From Eledone cirrhosa (lineage: Eukaryota), in the NCBI GenBank assembly GCA_964016885.1, contig OZ024742.1:60822001-60886000 (forward strand): a stretch of 64,000 nucleotides of DNA, in the 5' to 3' direction. The position numbers were made by a program, and so were the translations under genes. Under the pieces are notes generated by a model. That model did no database searches. It worked only from the letters and a program-made list of their open reading frames with translations, and had not been told where the DNA came from. Shown piece by piece: positions 49,119 to 61,009 of the stretch. Within the stretch, counting starts at the first letter, position 1; every line of letters starts with the position of its first letter.

Positions 49119-52100
49119 AAGATAAACTTATATAGGAATACAAGTAAAATCATAAACTCGTCATCTACGTAAACTTCTTGTTGAGTCAAACAACGCCGTA
49201 CGCTAAAACTATCCATAATAAGAAGTATTCACAACCTCTAACTGGATTACCTATAACGATATTTTGTTATCCCTTATACCAAGCTCCCATTAGGTTGAGC
49301 ATTTAATTTAACGCACGGCACTAACATGGAAAAACACTATATAGGAATGTCCTTAAAAAACATACCTATACCTACAAATAAGGAATATATTCTCGGTAAG
49401 ATACAAAGAACTAATGATTTTATCCGTAGAATCAGATGGAAAGCATATCATTACGATAAGGGACATAAGAATAATGAAAGAAATAATGGGTCTACCAGTG
49501 AAAAATATGGGTTTAGTTCCTGAATAAAATCCACCGAGCAACCCACAACTTGATGCCTTTGGACTTGACCTCATGAACATGATAAAAGAAACTAAATTAA
49601 AAAAATGAACACATCATAACAAACTGCAAAATAACATCAATGCACTATTAAAATAATTACGTAACACCAACGCTATTATAGTAAAGGCAGACAAAACATC
49701 AAATGTATACACCATGATCCTTAATACATACAACAATTTTATACGCCGGGAATTTCATAAAAAATACAAGAATACTACAGTCTACACTCAATAGCATTAA
49801 CAAGGAAGGTCTTAACATAGAAACACACTTAAAATATCTGATAGAACCGAATCTCTAACCCCTTGTAAACCCACTTTTAATCTGAAGGATCATAAATGTA
49901 ATTTCGAAACTAACCCTACTATTAGATTAATATGTCCATCAAAATCAGATATAGGCAGAATTAGCAAGTTTATACTAGATAGAATAATACCACAAATTAA
50001 AGAAAAACTAATAATCAAGCTCTGGGGTGACACTAATGAAGCAATAGGTTGGTTTAATAAATTAGACAATAGAGAATCTTTCGACTTTATACAATTTGAC
50101 ATGAATGACTACTACTCTTCTATTTCCCCAGTAACCCTAAATAATTGCACAAAAAATTCTGACCTATCACTAGAGGAAATTAAAATAATATTAGCTGCTA
50201 GAAGAACAATCAGTAGATTCGACAATAGTTACTGGGAAAGAAAAAATAGACAGAATAACTTCGATATAACCATCGAATGATTAAAGCCCAAGTTTACAGA
50301 AATTGTCGGAATTTATATAGCACATATCTTACATAGGGAATTTGATAACCTACAAGGAGGAATTTATAGAAACGATACAATACTTTTAGTTAAAAATCTA
50401 AATACTCAAAACTTAGAAAGATTAAGGAAAATGACTAGAAAATTCTTTAATAATTTAGGCCTTAACATCACTTTTGAACTCAACTCTAAAAAAGCTAACT
50501 TCTTAGATGTATCGCTCAACCTTAACACAGGACTAATAGAACCCTTCCATAAAAATAATGAAAATTTACCTTACATTGATTATAACTCTAATTACCCCTG
50601 ATGCATAATTAACTCCATAGCACATAGTATATCCCTCAGAATCTCGCGCCTATCTTCTAACCTAGAAATTTTTAACGAACCCGCGAACTACTACAACATA
50701 GCTTTACTTATGGCAGGCCATAAGGAAAGACTCAAATACATACCAGATACAAAAACTAACAACACACTTAATATTAATAGCACTATCCACACCTATAGAA
50801 GCAAACAATCTAGGACTAAACTTAGAAATTGGCAACAAGCACGTAAATTAATTGAACAGAATACTAATATAAAGACCACTAATAACTATAGAAGATGCAG
50901 AGATATAAACTACTTATGGTTCAATCCAGTGTTTAACTCCTCTATAAAAACAAAACTACCTTACACTTTCTTCAAACTGGTTGACAAACACTTCCCTAAT
51001 ATTCATAAATATCATAAAATCTTTAATAGAAAAACTATCAAACTATCATACTCCACTGCCAACAACATAGAATCACACATAGATAATATTAACTATAAAA
51101 TAATTTATAATACATGTAGACCGTACCATAACACCGAATAAGTACCATAACACCAAGTACAAAACATAAGCATATAACATCATCACAACCAAACACATGT
51201 CTCAGCACATCACCACAATACATCAACAAACCCAATTCTCAGCCCGTACATAACAACCTACAAAACCATATCGAAGAACCGGCGCATAGAAAAGCATCTA
51301 AATGTAACTGACATCTACTTGACAAATGCCCTTTACAAAATAGATGCCTAGAGACAAATATAGTATACCTATGTACTATAAATTCAGGTAGCTTAGCATG
51401 ACATTTTATTGGCACAAAGATGGAGAGTTTAAGAAAAGGTGGTACGTCCATAGACACTCTATGATTAACATGAACCTCTTAAATACAACGACTCTCGCCA
51501 ATAAAATCTGGCAACTCAAGGATGCAAACATGGAATATAAATCAGCTGGGCGAAGCTATCAAAAGCAGCGGCCTATCAAATTGGTATGTCACACTGCGGT
51601 CTCTGTAATATGGAACTTTTCCAAATTTTAAATTACAACAAAATGCTTCTTAACAGTAAAATTCAAAAGAACTATTTTCTGCCGAAATAAAACGGCGACC
51701 AAATTCCAGAACTTTAGACCAGCTTAATTTCATCTTATCTATTCCATAACCCAAATTGTACCACTTGGATCTATTATAATATCACATCATCATAATTATT
51801 ATTATTATAATTGTCATCAATGAAACATCAAAACCTCTTATATTTACATTCTTATTTTATATATCTTTATCTTTCACTCTCTATCTCTATATTTCTCTAC
51901 CTAAATTTATTTCATCTCTGGCATTTTATTTTATCATATAATATAACTTACAACTAATTAATTAATTTATTAATTGAAATAACCAATACACATATAAATA
52001 TATTTAACATTATCATATTTAAACCTTCGTATCTCTATATATTTTAGCCACTCTCAAAAACCACTTTCAATAATCTTAATATGTTTAAATTTTCTTCACA

Positions 52101-52882
52101 CATTTTTACTTTTTTACTTATTTATTTTCATATTTTCGTTTTTCATTTTTCACATTTTGTACCATTTTGTATCATATTAGAAGTAATTTATTTATTTTTA
52201 TTTTTATTTACATTAACGTTTATTCAGTTATTGTTGACATCATTATTTTCTCTCTATTGCTCTTTCTCTCCTACGTTATTTCTCCTTATGCAAGTCTCTC
52301 CTCTTTCTATAATCATTTATCCATATATTTTCTTCTCTCTATATTTTTGTCTGTATTCATTTCTCATTTTTCTTCTTCGTTCTCTTTTTCTTTTTCTTTT
52401 TCTTTTTCTTTTTCTTTTTCTTTTTCTTTCTTTCTTTCCTTTATCTATCTCCTTTCTTCCTTTTTTTCTCTCTCTATCTTTATTATTAATATTATTATTG
52501 ATGATGTAATTTGAATTTGTAAATTTGCCGGTTATATATATGTTGTGTAACAGGTTCTGATGATCAGATTGAGATAACATCGTATTTGAAATTGAGTGGC
52601 ACTGCTTCTAGTGTTCACAAATTTTTAGACAACTTAATCAGAGAAACAATTGTTAGACAGTAAATAAATCCCCATTTTGTACTGTTGACCATGTTATTCT
52701 ATACGTTTTCAATAATATTACTACAAGATAAATTTACATAGGAATACAAGTGAAATCATAAACTCGTCATCTAGGTAAACCTCTTGTTGAGTCAAACAAA
52801 GCCTTAGGCTAAAACTATCCATAATAAGAAGTATTCACAACCTCTATCTGGATTACCTATAACGATATTTTGTTATCTCTTT
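49119..52882 (+). mobile_element. Full-length decayed Naiad-type PLE with direct terminal repeats
   Basis: SLKNIPIP..F.RRIRWKA, KADKTSN, RLICPSKSDIGRISK, IQFD..DYY, NFLDV, WFNP, IKLSYS, CN*..CPL..CL..IVY; repeats 49119-49276 / 52725-52882. Confidence 0.9.
52553..52658 (+). ncRNA. Type I hammerhead with 79-nt stem II
   Basis: CTGATGA tcagattgag...cttaatcaga GAAA caattg TT agac; palindromic stem III, weak stem I. Confidence 0.65.
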
Positions 52883-53016
52883 TATATATAGATAGATATA
52901 TATATGTATAAATATTTCGTATCTCCACAGAAATACAGTTTTAGGAAGCCGTAGCTATTCAAACAACTGGGGGCTAACGCCCTCTGGTAATGTCCAGTAG
53001 AAGCATGGGGGACAAA

Positions 53017-53056
53017 CGTCTATACATTTCAGACTTAACTGGCCTTCGTCAGGACG
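53017..53056 (-). ncRNA. Minimal type I hammerhead (left arm)
   Basis: cgtc CTGACGA aggc-cagttaa-gtct GAAA tgta TA gacg. Confidence 0.75.
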
Positions 53057-53215
53057 GCCATTCCCACCGCTTACGACTGCTGGACTAGAAGACAGGCGGC
53101 AATATATACTTTTCTCGTCTGTGTAAATGAGGTGTTTAATCTCATTTGCACAGACGAGAAAAGTATATATTCTCGCCTGTCTTCTAGTCCAGCAGTCGCA
53201 CGCGGTGGGAGGGAA

Positions 53216-53255
53216 CGTCCTGACGAAGGCCAGTTAAGCCTGAAATGCATAGACG
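53216..53255 (+). ncRNA. Minimal type I hammerhead (right arm), fully canonical
   Basis: cgtc CTGACGA aggc-cagttaa-gcct GAAA tgca TA gacg. Confidence 0.85.
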
Positions 53256-53405
53256 GTTGTCCTCCTTGCTTCTGCTGGACATCACCAGAGGGCGTTAGCA
53301 CCCCGGTTTTTGCATAGCGACGGCTTCCTAAAACTCTATTTCTTTGGAGATACGAAATAGTTATACATATTGTATAAAGCTATGCTTGAAGCGAAATCCT
53401 ATTTC

Positions 53406-53466
<61 letters not shown>

Positions 53467-54087
53467 TATATATATATATATATGATATACAAATCTGTCT
53501 GATCAGTGGATCTGCTAATATGCATATCTGACTGATCAACCGGTCTGCTAATATGCAAACCAGTCCGATCAGGCAATGTATATATTTGAAACTATCATAT
53601 ATTTTCACTAGCTCTGACTGTTGGCAGGTGAACAGTGAACTGTACCGGTGAAGGGTAATACCCTGAAACATTAGTGTCTGCAGTTCTGTTTACTTGCCAA
53701 CACAAGGCTTTAAAAATGAGGCTTGTTTGCATAATTCCAAACGAATCGATTATTATTATTAATATTCGAAAACCTCAGATTACATTTATTGTATTCAGTC
53801 ATGTAGAGCGAAAACATTTGTTTTATATATATATAGGGTGAGCTTGTGTTTACAAGAAAATTCTCTGAGGCTGATTTCATGATCATTTACTTCTCGAATT
53901 CCAAACCATCCCACTGTCCCAGCCCATTAGTAATATGTATCTGGGCATAAATTGGTATTCCAGGCTCTCAAGGTAACGGGATATCTTTTCTATGTGCCGT
54001 TCTAATGATTTTCTCCAGATCCTCATAGAACTCTTGAATAGCATCACTGTCGTAATCAACTGTTGGAACATAGACATATATGATGAT

Positions 54088-54266
54088 AATTGTTTCTACT
54101 TTTGGCACAAGGCCGGCAATTACCCAGTGCATTACTGGTACTTTATTTTATCGACCCGTAAGGATGAAAGGCAAAGTTAACCTCGGCGGGATTTGAACTC
54201 AGAATGGCAAGGGCCGTAACTCTATACGTCAAAGCATGGCGTCCAACTCTCTACCGATACTGCCAA
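54088..54266 (-). mobile_element. tRNA-derived SINE
   Basis: rc of the 42941 SINE; atgataat duplicated at the flanks. Confidence 0.88.
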
Positions 54267-54686
54267 ATGATAATATTCTGTGGTCATGCAGCCACACGCA
54301 TGGTGATGAGTCTGCTTGATACGGATGTTTAGCTGATGACTGACCTCAATCTGGTTTTGTTAACGATGAATCCCTCTCGTTGTTGGTGTTTGTGTTCATG
54401 AACGTTGTACCAGAGTTTGTGGCCTTCATCTGTAATCGTTTCACCAAATCCAGTCCACCTAACTTCAGGCAACCCTAAGATATAACATGTGTATCTGGCA
54501 AGTTCATGTGTAAGTTATTTCGTCCTTCTACAAACATATACTATGCGGACGTTAATTACACATTCTAACACGTGTTTAATCATCGAGTTAAGTCACAAGG
54601 TCAACGAGAGCTGTGTAGAGATATTAATTACTCCAATCACTCATTCGTATTACATCATTATATACTGAATCCACCAGTTAATAAAC

Positions 54687-56010
54687 TCTTCTTCTTCTTC
54701 TTCTTCTTCTTCTTCTTCTTCTTCTTCTTCTTCTTCTTCTTCTTCTTCTTCTTCTTCTTCTTCTTCTTCTTCTTCTTCTTCTTCTTCTTCTTCTTCTTCT
54801 TCTTCTTCTTCTTCTTCTTCTTCTGCCACTTATTATTGGGATATGGGCGCAGAGTCCTCAAACACGCCTTCCTGCGGGGTCAGTCATGAACAATCGTCTC
54901 CAAATGATCCGGCTGGATCCCCAAGTAAGACAATCTGAGCTCACGGATGTTATCTAACTAACGTGATTGGGGTCTACCACTAGGTCTCCTGCCGGTTGGC
55001 TTTGCGCATAGAATATGTCCAGCTATTTTTTTCCTGAGACATTCTAATCACATGCTCGTAATATCGGAGCTGTGATCTCTCAATTCGGAAAAGTAGCAGC
55101 ACTACCTACAGCGACTCTGATCTGCGTGCCTATCTTCGTAGTCTATCACGTAACGTTACTCCAAAGTAACGATTCCCACACTGATGGTTTCGATTTAGCG
55201 CAAATTATTTGAACTAAAACACCCGGGTATTTGTGTAGAGACATCAGGCCAACAAGAAGCTGCCCATCGACTCCATACCTTTTCAGATCCTCCCACAGCA
55301 GATGCCATGGAATGCGGTCATATGCATTTCCGAGATCTAAAAAGCAAGAATATACATCTTGTTAGTACTCCCACGATTTCTCAAAGACCTTCCACAGTGT
55401 AAATATCTGGTCCGCTGTACTCCGACCGGGGTGAGAAACTTCACTGTTAATCAGCTAACTTGGACTCGATAATTTCTCTACATCCCTTTACCAGACACAT
55501 AGTATAGACTTTACCGGGATCCCTCTATAACTGTGGGGGATCCCTCTATAACTGAAGCAATCACACTAGTCTTCTTTTTAAAAAAGAATTGGTATAACCA
55601 CTCCCGATTGCCATAGCTTAGGTTCGTTTCAATCGATCCAGCCCACTAGGCACACACGATTTATCCAGGAAATACATTCTTTATTTAAGACTTTTAACAT
55701 CTCAGGTCGAATTTCATCTTCCCCTGCCGCCTTTGCCACTTATGAACTCTTTAGTTGCTCTTCTGACCTCAGCCTCTGAGAGATTAGTCATCGCCCCAGA
55801 TGCACCCCATGTACATCAGAAGATGCTGTTGTGATCGGGTTTAGGAGAACAGCAAATTATTCTCTCCACCGCGTGAGGACGCACCTCTCTGAAATGAGAA
55901 GCCCAAACGCGAGAACACTTTATTTGCTGATCTGAAGTCGGATTCCAACTTAACCCCAAAGTCCTGCATTTTGAACGTTTTACAGTCTCAGCTGCGAGGT
56001 TTCGCGCGTG
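54687..56010 (-). mobile_element. Decayed RTE-like LINE with (GAA)n tail
   Basis: Minus-strand DEIRPEMLK, WQSGVVIPI, SCFLDLGNAYDRIPW..LW..L..YGV; (CTT)n at 54687-54824 is its 3' tail. Confidence 0.75.
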
Positions 56011-56420
56011 CTTGTATTGTAAGTGCAAGAAATGGCTTATTTCCAAGAGTGTTCTCATTATAGTAAATACATTGAACATTGCAGCCATTATCATTAATAT
56101 TGACAAGTGTATTCATTATGATTTATTTTACTTTAAGTATCCTTTGTTTTTGAGTATTCATAATATTTGTTCAATATTTATAGAAGACAACTAGATGTAT
56201 TTCTAACAGTAATCACTATACTTCCTTCTCAGTTCAATCGTATTAATTTTACACGCATTAACCTGAAGTATTTCATTTGACATTTTCCAAGCAGAACTCA
56301 TTTTACAAGAAGTTATGTAACTAAGCGACACAGGGAGACTGGCAATTATATGGAGAGTCATGCTATTTCATATTTCCTATCTTAAGGAGATGTTAATTTT
56401 CTAAAGTAGAGTACGTCGTT

Positions 56421-56724
56421 ATTGTGTAACCTCTGTAACCTTTGTTTAGAGTTTATAGTGTTATTAATGTTCTGTTGAGATCGAAGTTTACTTATATACT
56501 TTCTTCTCTCGGGTATTACACATACTGCCCAGGGGACATAACTCTAGTACGTCAGTGGTATTGATATGAAGCACTAAAATGGCGGCTGGTTTATTGTATA
56601 ACCTCGGCGACCGTTGTTTAGAGTTAAAAGTTTTATTAATATTCCCTTGAATATGAAGTTTACGTGTACACTTTCTTCGTTCACATCTTACTCATACTTC
56701 CTAGGGGACATAACTACAGAATGT
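56421..56724. repeat. Diverged 172-bp-period tandem duplication
   Basis: attgt.taacctc...gtttagagtt...gaagtttac...aggggacataact repeated. Confidence 0.7.
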
Positions 56725-57299
56725 CTGAAGTAATTGGTGAAGGCACTAGAATATCAAGGCAGATTATTATTAAATGCATGTTGATTAATTTCAAAGGGAA
56801 GGCGTCATGGTTTAATTATCAAGTGCGAAAATTTTGTTGCTTCAAGCTTGCCCAATGCAAATATATTTAATTAACTCAGCAAATATTGCTTTTATCATAC
56901 GTTCCACCGTATACTATCACAGAAATCTGTATATCAATTTCCAGCAAATAGATAAGTTGTTCGGTTTTCTATCATGAGGTCGTCGTTTCATTGTAACAGA
57001 AAGATGACGTATGCACATTTTTTCTACTACCAGTGTCTCATGTGGATCCCAGCGGAAACTATTTGTGAATTTTTCGTGTTGATGGTGAGTAATTTAAAGG
57101 GCTTTTGTGGGTTTGCATTGTTATACACTGTAATATAGATACTCCATGAGCAGATCACTGAAACTCTCATTATCAAGACTGATTGACATGAATACCTTTC
57201 TATTAATTTTTAGACACATTACACAATTTAATAAATCAGTAACTACATGAATGAATCACTATAAAATAATTAGAAAAGCACTAAAAATATTTAAAACGA

Positions 57300-58680
57300 G
57301 AAAGCAAGTGCTCTGGGGCCACAGAAGCATGGGAGAGGAAAACGGAAAGAGGATGAGCTCTGGGCCTAGGGCGCGGCGGTGTTGAGGCTACACCCCACGG
57401 AGAAGGCCTCAAAAGCATTTCCGCGGACAATGGCCAGCGATATCAGCTGCACAGACACCCCACCCGACCTCACGAGGCTGCTTCCTCAGTTGGGCTGCTG
57501 ACATTGTGATCTTGCGGAGGAGCTCGACAGTGTAGGCTCCAAGCGCACCTGAGGTCTCGACCGGTACGAAGAGTAAGCGGTCGGACAAATCCCAGTATTT
57601 GTTTGTATTCCTTTCCTCTCCATTGCAGGCCACAGTACCGAGGTTTGTGGCCGAAGCGACTAAATTGGAGGCCGAGAACGTGTCACAACATTTGGCGTCC
57701 CAGATGAGGTATCTACCTCCTTCGAATGGGAAGAGTGTACATCCGTCGGGGCGCTTGCCCTCTCCACGGTTGAGGACTGCTGGCCTCAGTTGTGATGGGA
57801 TGCCAGCAGCGTCTAGGCTCCTTCACAATATGTCATTGAAAGCGGCATGTCGGAGAAACCGACCTGCGCTCTGGCGGCAAGAGAGTGGGTGTAGGCCAGG
57901 CTTCTCAACGACCGCCCCACCATGGCATTTATGTAGCTCATACACGCAGAGACCAAGGCTTTGGACGACACCAATGCGTTTGCACACGTCATCAAGAAGA
58001 GTACTACCAGTTGATGAGAAGGGCACCAAATTCAGCTATGCACAGCTGTTTGGATGTGAAGCGGAGCGGGAGTAGGTGAGGTGGAGTTGGTCCAAGATCT
58101 GCATTTGATGTCCTCAAATTACGCTTAAAACTTGTGTACTAAGGGACAGAGAGGCCTTCACCTATCCAGTCGATCAGAGCCTGGTTGAGCACTGGGGCTC
58201 CGCCAGGTTTGGCCGTCTTGCTGGGGAATTCGCTGAAGTGATCGTCACTGAAAGAGATTGAGGAAAGTTAGACAGGTAGAGGCAGATCCGAAGCGGATCT
58301 GATCTCAGGCCATCGAACATCGCTGAGAGCTTCAACTGTTCCCAACCGGCGCTGTCGAAATTGATATTGCAGATGAGTTCTGGACACCGTTGGATGGTGG
58401 CGTCGAGTTCGCCGAGAACTGCATGGAGTAACAATGTGCACTACATAGGCTGAACAGAAATTTGGCGACAGTGAAGCAGTTCCACAAATATGCCGGGTGA
58501 TTGTCAATGAGACGCAGCCACTCTGCCATTCGGGTCAAGCCTGCATATGGTCTGCAGGCACTCTCTCATGGCTTTCGAGAGATTTGTAGAGTTGAGAATG
58601 CAGGCGATGTGTTTGGGCGTTAGCCGAGCCCCGGACAAGACGTGGGTACAGAATCGTGGAATTCAGCCTCTCCACAGCTA
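57300..58680 (-). pseudogene. CRE-clade non-LTR retrotransposon 3' part (Zn finger + restriction-like endonuclease)
   Basis: GLHPLSCRQSAGRFLRHAAFND, GKRPDGCTLFPF..G..LIWD, FVPVETSGALG. Confidence 0.82.
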
Positions 58681-59939
58681 ACGTTTATCACCTCTGACTT
58701 GGATTAGCATTAAGACATCAAATATTACAAATCAATTTTCTAAAATTCCTGGATCATACCTTTGTGACTCCATATACGACTACTTCAATTTTAGCTTCTC
58801 TACATAATTTGAGATATCTTGCATTTGGTCTAATATATCGCTTTAAGTGACACCCAGCCTGCATCTTTCTATATATCTTGGATATTTTTCGTTACTCTTC
58901 TATCAACATATATTATATTGCTTATAATATATTATTTAATTGTGTTACTTGCTTTCATGATTTACTTAAATAGGCAGATACGTTATTTACTATAAATATC
59001 GAGTTGTTTCTGTTGTTTTATTTATTTATATGTTTGTTTGTGTGTGCGCGTGTGCATGTGTGGGGGGCGGGGGATTTACATATATGTGTTTGTCTTGTTT
59101 ATTCTTGAACATAAATAAATATGGTTCATTTTTATGGTTATGCTTCAAAATGCACTTTCGTCCAGATACATTTATTACAGGTGTCAGAATGTGGAGTGGT
59201 GTGTGCTGGAAGTTTGCACCATTAATGAACGTTATTACCTATGACAATTGTTCCGATATCGATCAGCACAGTGTTCGATTATAATGTTCGGGGCCCGACT
59301 CTGCACTGAGATCTTATCAGGAATGCATTCATGGGCACAGAACATTCTAATATATGTAACCAGTCAAGTGAACCTCTTATTTACAGTTATTTTGGACTGT
59401 GCATGGCGGTAAATGAATAAGTGGATGGATCTAAAATGGATAAGTTATAACATGTAGATATATAAATACAATCAAATTTTGCAAAGTATAAAAAACAAAC
59501 GCAATGGACAGAATGGCTAAGTAGAGAATAAACGTGTCTCCAAGGAAACGCCTTCTTTTTTCTGTCTGCCAGTACGGCGAGGGCGGCCAGCGCGTTGTCC
59601 CCATTTGCTCATTGTAGTGCGAGATGGGGAAAGCGAGACAGACGGAAGGAATGACTCTACCAGCATTGCTGAAGTATTTTATAGAGTTAAAAGTTAAGTG
59701 ATTTTACTAATGCAGATGTTTTTATCTCGTATACAAGCTGATACATAGTGAAATTTAATTTTAAAAAAAGGAAAATATGCGACGTGTCTTTGTAAATGCT
59801 TCTTAAAAAAACACATTTTTTAAAATCAAATTACATTGTCTGTAAATAGAAAATTGTATATTTTTCGTACTGCATTCAACACTAAATAAGCTAAAAAAGA
59901 TAACTGAATAACATAATTCAATTCCAAGAAACAAAGTCA

Positions 59940-60096
59940 TGTCTACTATAGGCACAAGGCCAGTAATTTGGAGGAGGGGCAACTCGATTAAACTGACCCC
60001 AGTACGTGTCTGGTACTTTATTTTATCGACCCCGTAACACTATGCTGCAATGCATGGCGTCCGACCCTCTACCGATACTACCAATCCATCGCCCTC
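59940..60096 (-). mobile_element. Internally deleted tRNA-derived SINE
   Basis: ggcacaaggcc, ctggtactttattttatcgacccc, cctctaccgatact.ccaatcc. Confidence 0.8.
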
Positions 60097-60705
60097 AATC
60101 CAAGAAAGAAAGTAGAATAAGATCTTTCGATGAATGTAGCAACAAATAAAACAGCAACAACAACAATAACAGCAACACCAACGGCGATGACAAAAACGAT
60201 ATTAATATGGCGTGGACGTGGTCATGCCTGTTGGAAGACTGCTATACAGGTGGGGTTCCTCAGCGATGCTGCATAGCTGTAAAGCGTAATTGATCGGACA
60301 GGCGGTCTGGAGTATCGATCATCGATGTTTATATCTGTCTACGGTGGGGTGGTTGTGAAACTAGAGTGATCCTGTGGCAGTGGCATTGGGTAGTGATGTC
60401 AACATCAACAAGTCCACCAGCAACAACAATTGCCGCTAACCTATGAGCTGCAACTGAAAAGATATCGATGAGACCCAACATATTGATGAGGCAAGGCGAA
60501 GAAGTAAAATAGTAGGTGGAAAAGGTAGTGAATATACAAACATGATTAAAAGTATTTTCTGTTTGTTGGAGATTAATTCCAAAAAAGACAGCTACAACAA
60601 GCACAGAAGAAATTAAGAAAGACAGAGAAACACGGAGGTGCAAAATAAATCATATCAATTTCAAAAAAGATATATATGTGTATATATATGTATATAGATA
60701 CATAC

Positions 60706-60761
<56 letters not shown>

Positions 60762-60824
60762 GTGTGTGTATGTAAGTATGTATATACATATATATACGCA
60801 TATATATATATATATATATATATA

Positions 60825-60994
60825 TCCAGGGGGTGTAACTGGGAGTTACTGCAGGTTCACCCGGGAAAGCACTCGATGTTTAGGTTCACTTCTGTGATGA
60901 GGTGTAGAGATATACAGAGTGTAATATATTGAAACGATAACAAGGACGATTGATTAAGGAGTAATCAATCGTCCTTGTTATCCTTTCAATATAT
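60825..60994. mobile_element. Fold-back insert family J
   Basis: Arms 60924-60956 / 60962-60994, left tail ~100 bp, (TA)n flanks. Confidence 0.65.
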
Positions 60995-61009
60995 ATATAT
61001 ATATATATA

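Larger units (their letters stand above)
52913..53410. mobile_element. Fold-back insert family E
   Basis: ~219-bp arms 52913-53131 / 53141-53359, 9-nt loop, tail to ~53410, (TA)n flanks. Confidence 0.85.

Noticed and set aside
52560-52646. Hammerhead ATGA...GA doubling as a SECIS (AA 12 nt after ATGA)
   Set aside because: AA-to-GA distance is far longer than in canonical SECIS and the AA is missing in the 21186 motif.
54572-54889. Poly-F and poly-K ORFs
   Set aside because: (CTT)n tail of the RTE element.
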